Source: a virus
DNA length: 42,622 nt
IMG/VR virus record: IMGVR_UViG_3300045988_038218
Coordinates: 1 to 42,622 of that record
Reading direction: 5' to 3' (one strand)
Under the pieces are notes generated by a model. The model ran no database searches and had not been told where the DNA came from. It worked only from the letters and a program-made list of their open reading frames with translations. The position numbers and the translations under genes are program-made. Position 1 is the first letter of the stretch. Every line of letters starts with the position of its first letter. This document shows positions 16,977 to 24,549 of the stretch, in pieces.

Positions 16977-17467
16977 TTATAACCCTTATGCAAATTCCCT
17001 TTCCCCTTACATACCTTACAAATCGCCGTTGCAGAAAAATTACCTTTTCGGGCGGCTTCTTGTATGCTAACAAACATATTTACAACAATACCGTTTTTTA
17101 TTTGCTCAACCGCTTTTTCGTGGTGTGGCTTTGCTTTTCTTCCAATCCATTTGGATTTTGTTATTGGGTTATTTTGATTTTCTTTAACTGTAACCCAACG
17201 CAAGTTGTCCGCATGGTTATTGGCTCGGTCGCCGTCGATATGGTCGATACATGGTTTATTTTCTGGGTTTGGAATGAACGCCGCCGCAACTAATCTATGA
17301 ACACGAAACATTTTTCCTATTCCGTTTTTCCATAAACTAATTATTTTATATCCTTTCAAATATGCGCCTTTCATTAAAAACGCATCCTTTTTTAAGGAAC
17401 GAACATTGCCATAATTAGAAATTTGATAATGCCCTTTGTACCCCTCAATATCTTTCCAAATCTGCAT
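16958..17467 (-). CDS. NUMOD4 + HNH_3-type homing endonuclease (paralog 3 of 3)
   Basis: MQIWKDIEGYKGHYQISNYGNV, VHRLVAAAFIPNPENKPCIDHIDGDRANNHADNLRWVT, and C-terminal SIQEAARKGNFSATAICKVCKG. 150 nt (17154-17303) are ~85% identical to 3240-3389. Confidence 0.85.
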   Translation of the reverse strand: MQIWKDIEGYKGHYQISNYGNVRSLKKDAFLMKGAYLKGYKIISLWKNGIGKMFRVHRLVAAAFIPNPENKPCIDHIDGDRANNHADNLRWVTVKENQNNPITKSKWIGRKAKPHHEKAVEQIKNGIVVNMFVSIQEAARKGNFSATAICKVCKGKGNLHKGYKWRYKK

Positions 17468-17894
17468 ATTCATTTTTCATTAATTCAATCAATCTAAAAT
17501 TACCGGGGTATATACGCATTTTCGTTTTATCTCCATTTTCCCAAAGCGAATGATGTTCAAAACATAATATATTAATATTTCTTGCATCGTGCGCCATTTC
17601 GGGATATGCTCCACGGGTTAAAATGTGGGAACAATAAACAGCGGAATAATTCCGTAAGGGTTTCAAACACTCCTCGCATTGGTGCGGCTTATGTTCCCAA
17701 ACCCACCTAAAAAACCGTTCATTTGCTTGCGGTATGTTGCCACGACCGAAAACGCAATGCCCGAACAATTCCCGTTGAATTTCGACCCGCAAACGAATAT
17801 CCATTGTAAACCGTTTGTAATCCAATAGGGGCCCCCCCCCCCTATCGGTTACAAATTGGTATTCCTCCCGGTCTGTTATCAAAATCGGCTCCAT
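17445..17894 (-). CDS. HNH-like nuclease candidate (149 aa) carrying a G11 homopolymer
   Basis: CEEC...SHILTRGAYPEMAHDARNINILCFEHHSLWENG resembles an HNH/His-Me finger. The coding-strand G11 run (17832-17842) encodes RGGG. Confidence 0.5.
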   Translation of the reverse strand: MEPILITDREEYQFVTDRGGGPLLDYKRFTMDIRLRVEIQRELFGHCVFGRGNIPQANERFFRWVWEHKPHQCEECLKPLRNYSAVYCSHILTRGAYPEMAHDARNINILCFEHHSLWENGDKTKMRIYPGNFRLIELMKNEYADLERY

Positions 17895-17897
17895 ATA

Positions 17898-18581
17898 TTA
17901 CATTTCCGCCGTTTCGTCGTCCGGGTCGTTGTCGTCGCCCTCGGTTGCCGGGTCGTCAACGTCCGGGAACAATCCGGATGCATCATTCACACCGGGGGCG
18001 GCGTTTCCGTCGGCTCCGAACAATTCCAATTGCGCCTTTTTGCCTTTGAACAAAAATGCGTAAACCTCGTTTTCAATGTCCCCGGCGATTTCCTCCAATT
18101 CCTCCTCAAATCCGAACGTTTCCGTATTGAATTTCAGACGGGGCGAATTAATGGCGGTTTTCTGATTGCTAGACACGGTAAACAACCCGGTCAATACAAC
18201 GCCTACGTTATCATCTTGACCGGAAAAGGATACGCCCCGCACCTCAATTGCTTTCAACATTTCGTCCGCAAAATCACGGGCGGCGTCTTTCTGCTTTTGG
18301 TTTGCCTTTGTGTCCGGGGCTTCAATAAACGACAAAAAGGACGTAATATTGAAAATACGACCCATGATTGGACGCAAGCGGTTGAAACAATCCGCTAAAT
18401 CCGGGTGTATATCCTTCGCACTTTCGACGTGGTATTTGTTAGTATAACTCTCATTACCTATCGTTTCGGTAACTTCATAATGCACATCCAACCCGCCGTC
18501 CTTTATTAACTTGACCTTTGATAAGGCAAACGCCTTTTCGGACGGGACATACATAATGTCCTTTTCTTTTTTTTCGCTCAT
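17898..18581 (-). CDS. Hypothetical protein (227 aa) with strongly acidic C-terminal tail
   Basis: ATG at 18581; has its own promoter and leader; C-terminus FPDVDDPATEGDDNDPDDETAEM. Confidence 0.6.
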   Translation of the reverse strand: MSEKKEKDIMYVPSEKAFALSKVKLIKDGGLDVHYEVTETIGNESYTNKYHVESAKDIHPDLADCFNRLRPIMGRIFNITSFLSFIEAPDTKANQKQKDAARDFADEMLKAIEVRGVSFSGQDDNVGVVLTGLFTVSSNQKTAINSPRLKFNTETFGFEEELEEIAGDIENEVYAFLFKGKKAQLELFGADGNAAPGVNDASGLFPDVDDPATEGDDNDPDDETAEM

Positions 18582-18582
18582 A

Positions 18583-18699
18583 TTACAAATTATTTATTTG
18601 CTTGGAACCTGCCAAGCCCAGTTTTTTATTTTTCTTTCTTCCTTTTGTCAACACGCCGCACGGTGCGACGCTATCCCTAACGGCTGAAAAGCTTTTCAT
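18583..18699 (-). CDS. Possible 38-aa basic leader peptide
   Basis: Manual translation gives MKSFSAVRDSVAPCGVLTKGRKKNKKLGLAGSKQINNL. The stop TAA (18585-18583) lies 1 nt before the next ATG. Too short for the ORF track. Confidence 0.25.
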   Translation of the reverse strand: MKSFSAVRDSVAPCGVLTKGRKKNKKLGLAGSKQINNL

Positions 18700-18710
18700 C
18701 GTGTTATCTG

Positions 18711-18742
18711 CAAACATACGTTTTTTTAATTACCAAAACAAA
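18711..18742 (-). promoter_or_regulatory. Bacteroidota-type promoter (TTTG-N20-TAtgTTTG)
   Basis: caaacata at 18711-18718 gives TATGTTTG on the coding strand. TTTG candidates lie 15 and 20 nt upstream (18734-18737, 18739-18742). Confidence 0.6.
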
Positions 18743-18744
18743 TA

Positions 18745-19569
18745 TTAAAATTCTGTTTCGTCCAGTAACGCCTTTATCGCTGAATTTGAGGTGATCGCCG
18801 GGCGTTCCTGCTCCGGTTGTAGTTCGGGCGCGGCGGCAGCGGCGGCAGTTCCGATTGGCTCCGTCACCGGGTTTGGGTCGTGAAATTGAATATTACGCCC
18901 GCTTTGCCCCTTTTCCGGCTCTGTGTTCAACTTTAATTGTTCGGGTGGGTATTCCTTTTGTTTCAACTCAATAATCCCCAATTCGACCAATTCCGGGACG
19001 CAACGACGCAACGCCCGTATGTCCTGTAACGCATCGTGCGCCGGGAAACTTTCGCCGGGGAACAACTTTGCGTACAACTCTTCCAATTTCGGGAACTTTC
19101 CGGGCTTTCCGTTGGAATAGCACACACCAACGAACCGTATTGTTTTCATCATGGTATCAACCCGTTTTCCTTTGTGCAATGCGTCCTCGGCGTTGGCGTC
19201 GTAATACTCTTTACCGCAATATCGCAATATGTTTGCTTTCAACATCGACGTATCGAAATAAATGTTGTGCGCACATACAAGTGGGGCGGCGGCGGCATCT
19301 GCCAAAAATTCATCCACGACCTCGGCAAACGGTACGCCCTCGGCAATTGCCCGTTCGGTCGTTATCCCATGTATCGCCGTCGTTTCGGGCGGGATTTCGT
19401 AATTGTCCGGCTTAATTATAAAACTGCGTTCTTTGTCGCCCAACGACCATGCCAATTGGACGACGTGCGGAAACTCCATAAAATCGACGTCCCATTTTTG
19501 GGACTTTCCCGGAACCCCGGTTGTTTCGCAATCGAAAAAACAAACATCGCTCAAATTAAAGACTTTCAT
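18745..19569 (-). CDS. DnaQ-like 3-prime-5-prime exonuclease (DEDDh)
   Basis: Exo I FFDCETTG, Exo II CAHNIYFD, Exo III HDALQD. ATG at 19569 (MKVFNLSD...) lies downstream of the upstream stop at 19592. Confidence 0.85.
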   Translation of the reverse strand: MKVFNLSDVCFFDCETTGVPGKSQKWDVDFMEFPHVVQLAWSLGDKERSFIIKPDNYEIPPETTAIHGITTERAIAEGVPFAEVVDEFLADAAAAPLVCAHNIYFDTSMLKANILRYCGKEYYDANAEDALHKGKRVDTMMKTIRFVGVCYSNGKPGKFPKLEELYAKLFPGESFPAHDALQDIRALRRCVPELVELGIIELKQKEYPPEQLKLNTEPEKGQSGRNIQFHDPNPVTEPIGTAAAAAAPELQPEQERPAITSNSAIKALLDETEF

Positions 19570-19591
19570 GTTACTACGTTTTAAAATGTTA

Positions 19592-19795
19592 TTAATCTTT
19601 TTCGCTATCTCGGCGGTATTTATCCCGCTTTTGTTCAACCTCCAATACGTCCCGGTTTTCCTCGACGTACTGTTTGACGTCCTTACGGCAAAACGGTTGT
19701 TGCTCCAACCAAAGCAAATGCCAATAAGGGACGGTTTGCATTTGTTGACCCTTGTATTTGCCTTGCGGCATTGGGTCGGTGTCCTGTAAACTCAT
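19592..19795 (-). CDS. DUF3820-like small protein
   Basis: MPQGKYKGQQMQTVPYWHLLWLEQQ matches the MPFGKYKG...P..YL.WL signature. ATGA overlap with the upstream gene. Confidence 0.6.
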   Translation of the reverse strand: MSLQDTDPMPQGKYKGQQMQTVPYWHLLWLEQQPFCRKDVKQYVEENRDVLEVEQKRDKYRRDSEKD

Positions 19796-19980
19796 AATTT
19801 CAATTTCATTTGCCCGATTTTTTCGGGGGTTTGTTCAACATAAGCCGCACCCGTAACCCATGAACATTTGCAATTTTGGCAATATAAACGGCTCCAACGG
19901 TGCGGGGTGTATTTCGACCGGATAACCCGCCAACCCGTTAACGGGTAATCTTTGCGTTTGCCGCCGCACTTGCAAAACAT
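19792..19980 (-). CDS. Small zinc-ribbon protein (62 aa)
   Basis: ATG at 19980 (MFCKCGG...CQNCKC); Cys pairs at both ends. Confidence 0.55.
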   Translation of the reverse strand: MFCKCGGKRKDYPLTGWRVIRSKYTPHRWSRLYCQNCKCSWVTGAAYVEQTPEKIGQMKLKL

Positions 19981-19982
19981 AA

Positions 19983-20357
19983 TCAAAGGGTTTGCGGGTC
20001 GTCAATATATGCGTTGTATTCCTCGGCGGCTAACTGTTTGAGGGTTTCGATATGTTCGATTAACTCGGCGTTGCTCAAATCGGCAATTTCCCGTAATTCG
20101 TGGGTATATTCCCCCGTATCATAATCGACCGTTTCGGCGTGCATAATCGGCGACCATTCCCGCAAACGACGTTCGGTTTGCTCCTCGGTCAACCTTTCGC
20201 CCGCCTCCCAAATTGCGTGCTTAAACGTGGGTACAACGTAATTAAAATAATAACCTTTGAGGGCGGCGGACGAACCGGGGGACGCAACGACGAACCGGGC
20301 AATTACCCGGCTACCTTTATGCAGGGCGAAAAATGCGTTTAATTCGCCCATATACAT
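19983..20357 (-). CDS. Hypothetical protein (~124 aa)
   Basis: ATGs at 20357 and 20351 lie downstream of the DUF2400 stop (20377). The longer ORF-track start would overlap by 38 nt. Confidence 0.55.
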   Translation of the reverse strand: MYMGELNAFFALHKGSRVIARFVVASPGSSAALKGYYFNYVVPTFKHAIWEAGERLTEEQTERRLREWSPIMHAETVDYDTGEYTHELREIADLSNAELIEHIETLKQLAAEEYNAYIDDPQTL

Positions 20358-20376
20358 TGCTAACCCGCCGTTTTGG

Positions 20377-21651
20377 TTAATCGTTCCCGTCGCTGTTATC
20401 TCTCGCCTTTTCATCGTCCAATAACTTTTGCATGGTTTCGTTAAACGCTATCATACCCAAATCCCGGATAAATTGGCGGACGGTTGCGGAATATCCCGTT
20501 GCGACCTTATCCAATACTTGCGCAAACAGTACGACAAAATCGCCCGGAACCAATTTGCCGTCGGCGTGCAATTTGTCGATTGGGTGCGATTTGAGTTTTT
20601 CGCCACGTTTCCCGGCTTTCTTACGGGCGGTTTCCCGGTCGCTCCAAAGGCTCGTAATCTGCTTTGCAACGTTGTTGTAAAAGAGGGGCAACAACAATAC
20701 GTCCTCAATACTCATATCGGCAACCCTTTTATCCGGGGTTTCCTCCGGGACGGGTTCCGGGGCGACCTCCTCCGGTTCCGGTACGTCCTCGGCACGGGGC
20801 AAATGTTTTTCGGCGTCTGCCATAACCGTTGCGGTTTCTTTTGACACCTCGTCAAAGCCTTTTACGGCTTTCGTTACCTTTTTGATTGTGTCGGCGGTTG
20901 CTCCATTGACGCCATAACCGAACAACGCAAAATCGCCCTTTGCCGGGTCGTCCGGGAATATCTCGGCGAAACGGTCGGTAATCTCTATTGCGGTTTGCAA
21001 ATCCGGTGTCCGGCGTGTTACCAACCCCAACCGCAATGCCTGTTTATGTACGTGGGTATCCAACGGGATAATCAAATTGCGGGGGTCGCATACGTCCCAC
21101 AATCCAAAGTCAACCGGGGAACCCTTGCGGCACATCCAACGCAAAAACAGACACAATCGTTTACACGCCGATTGGGTTTCAAAATCCGGGATACCTTTAA
21201 CAGAACCGAACAACGATTGCAACGTTAACAACGCCGTTTCCCCGTTCGTTTCGTGGGTTTTCTTTATCGCCGCCTCCATACTTTCCGCCGTCGTGTAAAC
21301 GTCGTATAAACGGGCGCAAAGGTCGTGAAAATCGGCATACGTGAAAGTACGGTAAAAATTGGTTGTATCGCCTTTATACTTGCGCCACTCCGGGGCGGCT
21401 CCCTGCGTATCGGTTCCGACGATATAATGATACGGCGCACCCTTGAAAATTTCCCGGTCGATAAAATCCGCCTTTTGGATTATCTGTTTGCGGGAACCCC
21501 ACGCAATCCACGCCGTTACAAATGCGCTTATCTCAATATTTACCCGGCTATCGTAACGGTGCGGGAATTGCACCGGGTCGGTCTGTATAAATTCGGCGGT
21601 TTCGTATTTTTCCGCCCAACGCTTCAAATTTTCGTTCAATGTAAAAGCCAT
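20377..21651 (-). CDS. TIGR02757/DUF2400-family protein (DNA-glycosylase-like) fused to a ~170-aa C-terminal extension
   Basis: FIQTDPVQFPHRY...IEISAFVTAWIAWGSRKQII...SACKRLCLFLRWMCRKGSPVDFGLWD...IIPLDTHV...DFALFGYGV matches the family signature blocks as I recall them. It continues through an acidic/Pro linker into an extra domain. Confidence 0.65.
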   Translation of the reverse strand: MAFTLNENLKRWAEKYETAEFIQTDPVQFPHRYDSRVNIEISAFVTAWIAWGSRKQIIQKADFIDREIFKGAPYHYIVGTDTQGAAPEWRKYKGDTTNFYRTFTYADFHDLCARLYDVYTTAESMEAAIKKTHETNGETALLTLQSLFGSVKGIPDFETQSACKRLCLFLRWMCRKGSPVDFGLWDVCDPRNLIIPLDTHVHKQALRLGLVTRRTPDLQTAIEITDRFAEIFPDDPAKGDFALFGYGVNGATADTIKKVTKAVKGFDEVSKETATVMADAEKHLPRAEDVPEPEEVAPEPVPEETPDKRVADMSIEDVLLLPLFYNNVAKQITSLWSDRETARKKAGKRGEKLKSHPIDKLHADGKLVPGDFVVLFAQVLDKVATGYSATVRQFIRDLGMIAFNETMQKLLDDEKARDNSDGND

Positions 21652-21667
21652 TGTTATTGGGTATTAA

Positions 21668-21684
21668 GGGGGCATTGCGCCCCC
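21668..21684 (-). terminator. GC stem-loop after the ATPase gene (copy 1 of a 20-nt repeat)
   Basis: gggggc-attgc-gccccc. The sequence 21669-21688 (ggggcattgcgcccccggtt) recurs at 23243-23262 with one mismatch. No clean U-tract. Confidence 0.45.
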
Positions 21685-21689
21685 GGTTA

Positions 21690-23135
21690 TTATTCGTTTT
21701 CCTCGTATTCCTCAATTTGTAAATCGTCCTGTCCTCGCTTAACCTCCTCAATAAATCCTTGAAAACCGTTTTTGCGGGCAATGTCGATAATGGTTTGCAA
21801 CCTCTTTTCGCCCAAACTTTCGCCCCTTGCAATGCGGAATACCTTAACGGTCGGATTGCTTGCGATTATCAATTTGGCGGCAACCTCCATTATCTGACTG
21901 TCTGAAACTTTCCCGGCGACGAAAGGCACGCCGTTTAATTCCAACCCGTCGTCCGTGAATGTCAACCCCTCAATCGGCAATTTGGACGTCGCAATAAGTT
22001 GTTCCCGCTCCTTTGCCAATTCGCCCAATTTGTCGTCGTATGTCCGGGCGACCTTTTCGGCGGCGTCCCGTTGCTTTTTCTTGGTCGTGTAATCGACAAC
22101 CAACGCATTGATACGGTTGTGTTCCTCGGCTTTTTTCAGTTGTTCCGCCGTATCCAAATTTTCCGGGTTGTTCTTTTCGTATTCCTCCAACCATTTGTCG
22201 GCATTGACTTTGCGCTTTTCGTAATCGGCTTTGTCGGTTTCGATTTGTGCCAACGTGTCCTTTAACTCCTTTTTTATCGCTTTGGTTGACGTATCCGCCT
22301 CCTTTTCTGCATCCGCCAAACGTTGTTGCGCCTCGGCGATAATGCGGGCAACCTCCTTTTTCTCGCACTCCAATTCCTCCCTAATTTTGGCGGCGGCTTG
22401 GGCATAGTCGGCGTTGGCTTTTTTGATACGCTCCGGGATTTGCTCCAACTGCGTTGTACGTTCTTGGCGGGCTTGGCGAACGGTTTTTGCCTTTTCAATC
22501 AACCGGGCGTTTTCGTTTTGTTCCTCCATTAACGCCGTTATGTCCTTTTTCTCAGCGTACTCTTTGACGTCGCCGGGGCGCAACTGCTTTTCGGCGGCGG
22601 CGCAAATGGTCGTGTACGTCTTAACCTCGGCGTTGGCGTCCTTTCGCTTTTCCTTAACGGTCGTAACCTCGGCGTCGATTGCGTCGATACGGTTACGCAC
22701 CTTTTCGGGCAACAATGCCTTTACGACCTCAATTTGTTTTCGGCGACCCTCGGCGGTTTCAGACCAACGGGAAAACTCCACGGCGTCAAAATCCGTATAA
22801 CCGAATATGCGTTGCAACATGGTTACGTTGTCCGACCGCATCCCGGTTGTTTTCTGTTTGATTGATAACGTACCACGGGGATTGGCTTTGGTAAACCGCA
22901 ATTCAACCTCGTATTCCTCGCCGTCGTCGCCGACAACCATTTTGGCAAACCCTTTGTCCTCGCCATTGCGCAACACGGCATCACGGTTCCCGGTCAACAT
23001 TGCGCCGATTGCTTTTAAAAGGGTCGATTTCCCCAACTCATTGTCCCCGGTAATGAAATATACATTACCCTCAAAATCTGCGTTGAACTCCTTAATTACT
23101 TGGAAATTCAACAATTCCATTCGTTTAATAATCAT
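21690..23135 (-). CDS. SMC/Rad50/RecN-like ATPase (481 aa)
   Basis: N-terminal MELLNFQVIKEF...YFITGDNELGKSTLLKAI (Walker A), a ~250-aa Lys/Glu coiled-coil and a C-terminal globular lobe. The start is preceded by TAGAGCG. Confidence 0.75.
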   Translation of the reverse strand: MIIKRMELLNFQVIKEFNADFEGNVYFITGDNELGKSTLLKAIGAMLTGNRDAVLRNGEDKGFAKMVVGDDGEEYEVELRFTKANPRGTLSIKQKTTGMRSDNVTMLQRIFGYTDFDAVEFSRWSETAEGRRKQIEVVKALLPEKVRNRIDAIDAEVTTVKEKRKDANAEVKTYTTICAAAEKQLRPGDVKEYAEKKDITALMEEQNENARLIEKAKTVRQARQERTTQLEQIPERIKKANADYAQAAAKIREELECEKKEVARIIAEAQQRLADAEKEADTSTKAIKKELKDTLAQIETDKADYEKRKVNADKWLEEYEKNNPENLDTAEQLKKAEEHNRINALVVDYTTKKKQRDAAEKVARTYDDKLGELAKEREQLIATSKLPIEGLTFTDDGLELNGVPFVAGKVSDSQIMEVAAKLIIASNPTVKVFRIARGESLGEKRLQTIIDIARKNGFQGFIEEVKRGQDDLQIEEYEENE

Positions 23136-23164
23136 CGCTCTATTTTTTAAAAGTGAATAAATCG

Positions 23165-23235
23165 TTGGGGCGTCCGGGGTCGAACCGGAAATTTTAGAAC
23201 CAAAATCTAACGTGTTGCCATTACACCACGCCCCA
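23165..23235 (-). tRNA. tRNA-Gln (anticodon UUG)
   Basis: Manual cloverleaf: acceptor TGGGGCG/CGCCCCA (U1-A72), D stem GTGT/ACAC, anticodon stem TTAGA/TCTAA with loop TT-TTG-GT, T stem TCCGG/CCGGA with loop TTCGACC. 71 nt with discriminator A; no encoded CCA. Confidence 0.9.
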
Positions 23236-23242
23236 AAATACT

Positions 23243-23258
23243 GGGGAATTGCGCCCCC
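23243..23258 (-). terminator. GC stem-loop upstream of the tRNA (copy 2 of the 20-nt repeat)
   Basis: ggggaattgcgcccccggtt at 23243-23262, immediately after the stop at 23268. Confidence 0.4.
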
Positions 23259-23267
23259 GGTTTATCT

Positions 23268-23525
23268 TTACCAAATCGTAACGTCTTTTTTCAGAATATC
23301 CATTTGCCAACAAGCGATAAACACGTTTTGCAAATTCTCGTTTGCGTACAATATCGCACAATCAATGGTTCGTACCAACTGAAAATAAAACGATTGTTTG
23401 CCGTATGCGTCAATCGGGTAAACGTACTCAATAAAATAAGCCGTTTTTGTCTGTTTTGCGGTTTCAAATGTTGTCATACTCTCGGTTTTTGTTCCGGGAA
23501 CCCCGCCCGGTCGGTTTAATATCAT
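23268..23525 (-). CDS. Hypothetical protein (69-85 aa)
   Basis: In-frame ATGs at 23525 and 23477. The longer track ORF (to 23624) would overlap the upstream gene. Confidence 0.5.
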   Translation of the reverse strand: MILNRPGGVPGTKTESMTTFETAKQTKTAYFIEYVYPIDAYGKQSFYFQLVRTIDCAILYANENLQNVFIACWQMDILKKDVTIW

Positions 23526-23581
23526 GCCGCAAATATACGGAAAGTTTTTTAACGACCAAAAATAAATCCTTTTATTTTCGA

Positions 23582-23770
23582 TTATTTTTTGATTTTCCGT
23601 AATAGCCGCCCCAACACAACGCATTTACCCACGCCGTCGAACTCAACCAACATATTACCGTTGCGTCCCCGTATGCACTTTCCATTAGGACGACGAACCG
23701 CCCGGCACGGCATACGTCGCAATTCCGGGCGGGTCAATCGGTCGCCTAAATAAATGTATTCATTTACCAT
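23582..23770 (-). CDS. Hypothetical small basic protein (62 aa)
   Basis: ATG at 23770; 7-nt overlap with the upstream gene. Confidence 0.5.
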   Translation of the reverse strand: MVNEYIYLGDRLTRPELRRMPCRAVRRPNGKCIRGRNGNMLVEFDGVGKCVVLGRLLRKIKK

Positions 23771-23985
23771 AATTTCAATTGTGTATCGGTCAATACGGCA
23801 ACCACGGCGTCAACCTTTTGTTCCCAACCGTTCCGGGTTGTTACCTTTTCCGGCGTTGGGTTCCGTTCGCACCTCCGTTGGTTGTGGCGCATCTGCTTTA
23901 CCATTTCCACAAATTCCGGCAATGTTATTTCCGCCAAATTTTCAATTTGCGGGGTTGTTTTATCGTCTGCCATATCTTTACCCAT
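23764..23985 (-). CDS. Hypothetical protein (69-73 aa)
   Basis: ATGs at 23985 and 23973; follows the RuvC-like gene. Confidence 0.5.
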   Translation of the reverse strand: MGKDMADDKTTPQIENLAEITLPEFVEMVKQMRHNQRRCERNPTPEKVTTRNGWEQKVDAVVAVLTDTQLKLW

Positions 23986-24012
23986 TTGATAAGAGAAAAC
24001 GCCCCTACGGGC

Positions 24013-24549
24013 TTAAAATAATTTTCCGTGCATGGTTGCGGGTAAATTTTCCAATACCCATTTCGGTTGGGTCTGCAAAACGTACCGTCCAAAGTGTAAT
24101 ATCATAAGGGCGTCGGCGTTCCACAATGTCGCCTTAACGTCCGGGTAATAATCGGCGGCGGCTCGTTGGTATCGCTTTTTCCGTTCGGGCTTTTCCTCCC
24201 CTTTTACCCGTAATTTGAGGGTGTTTTGCCACTTTTGCGGGTGTACCAAAACAAACGGTACGTCGCACATCGCAATAATAGTTTTCAATTTCTCAAACTC
24301 GGATAACAGTTTTTGCACCCGAAAGGCTTTGCCGGGGTTGTCGTTTACATCGTCCGGTCGCAATTGCACCTTTTCGACGAATACCAACGGGCGGCAAATG
24401 CTTTTCATATACTCAAACCATTGTTTCAACTCCATAAGGTCGCCCGGCATTTTGATAACCTCGGTTTTGTGGTTGGGACGCCAAACGGCAATTCCCCCGG
24501 TTTTGCCGGGGTCAATGCCAATAATACAATCAATCGTTATTGTGTTCAT
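24013..24549 (-). CDS. ruvC: RuvC-like Holliday junction resolvase
   Basis: IIGIDPGKTGGIAVW (first catalytic Asp), LVFVEKV (Glu) and C-terminal NADALMILHFG (Asp); 178 aa. Confidence 0.85.
   Translation of the reverse strand: MNTITIDCIIGIDPGKTGGIAVWRPNHKTEVIKMPGDLMELKQWFEYMKSICRPLVFVEKVQLRPDDVNDNPGKAFRVQKLLSEFEKLKTIIAMCDVPFVLVHPQKWQNTLKLRVKGEEKPERKKRYQRAAADYYPDVKATLWNADALMILHFGRYVLQTQPKWVLENLPATMHGKLF

Noticed and set aside
23165-23235. The tRNA as a stop-codon suppressor indicating genetic-code recoding
   Set aside because: The anticodon reads TTG (Gln, decodes CAA), not CTA/TTA/TCA. The long ORFs are intact under the standard code.
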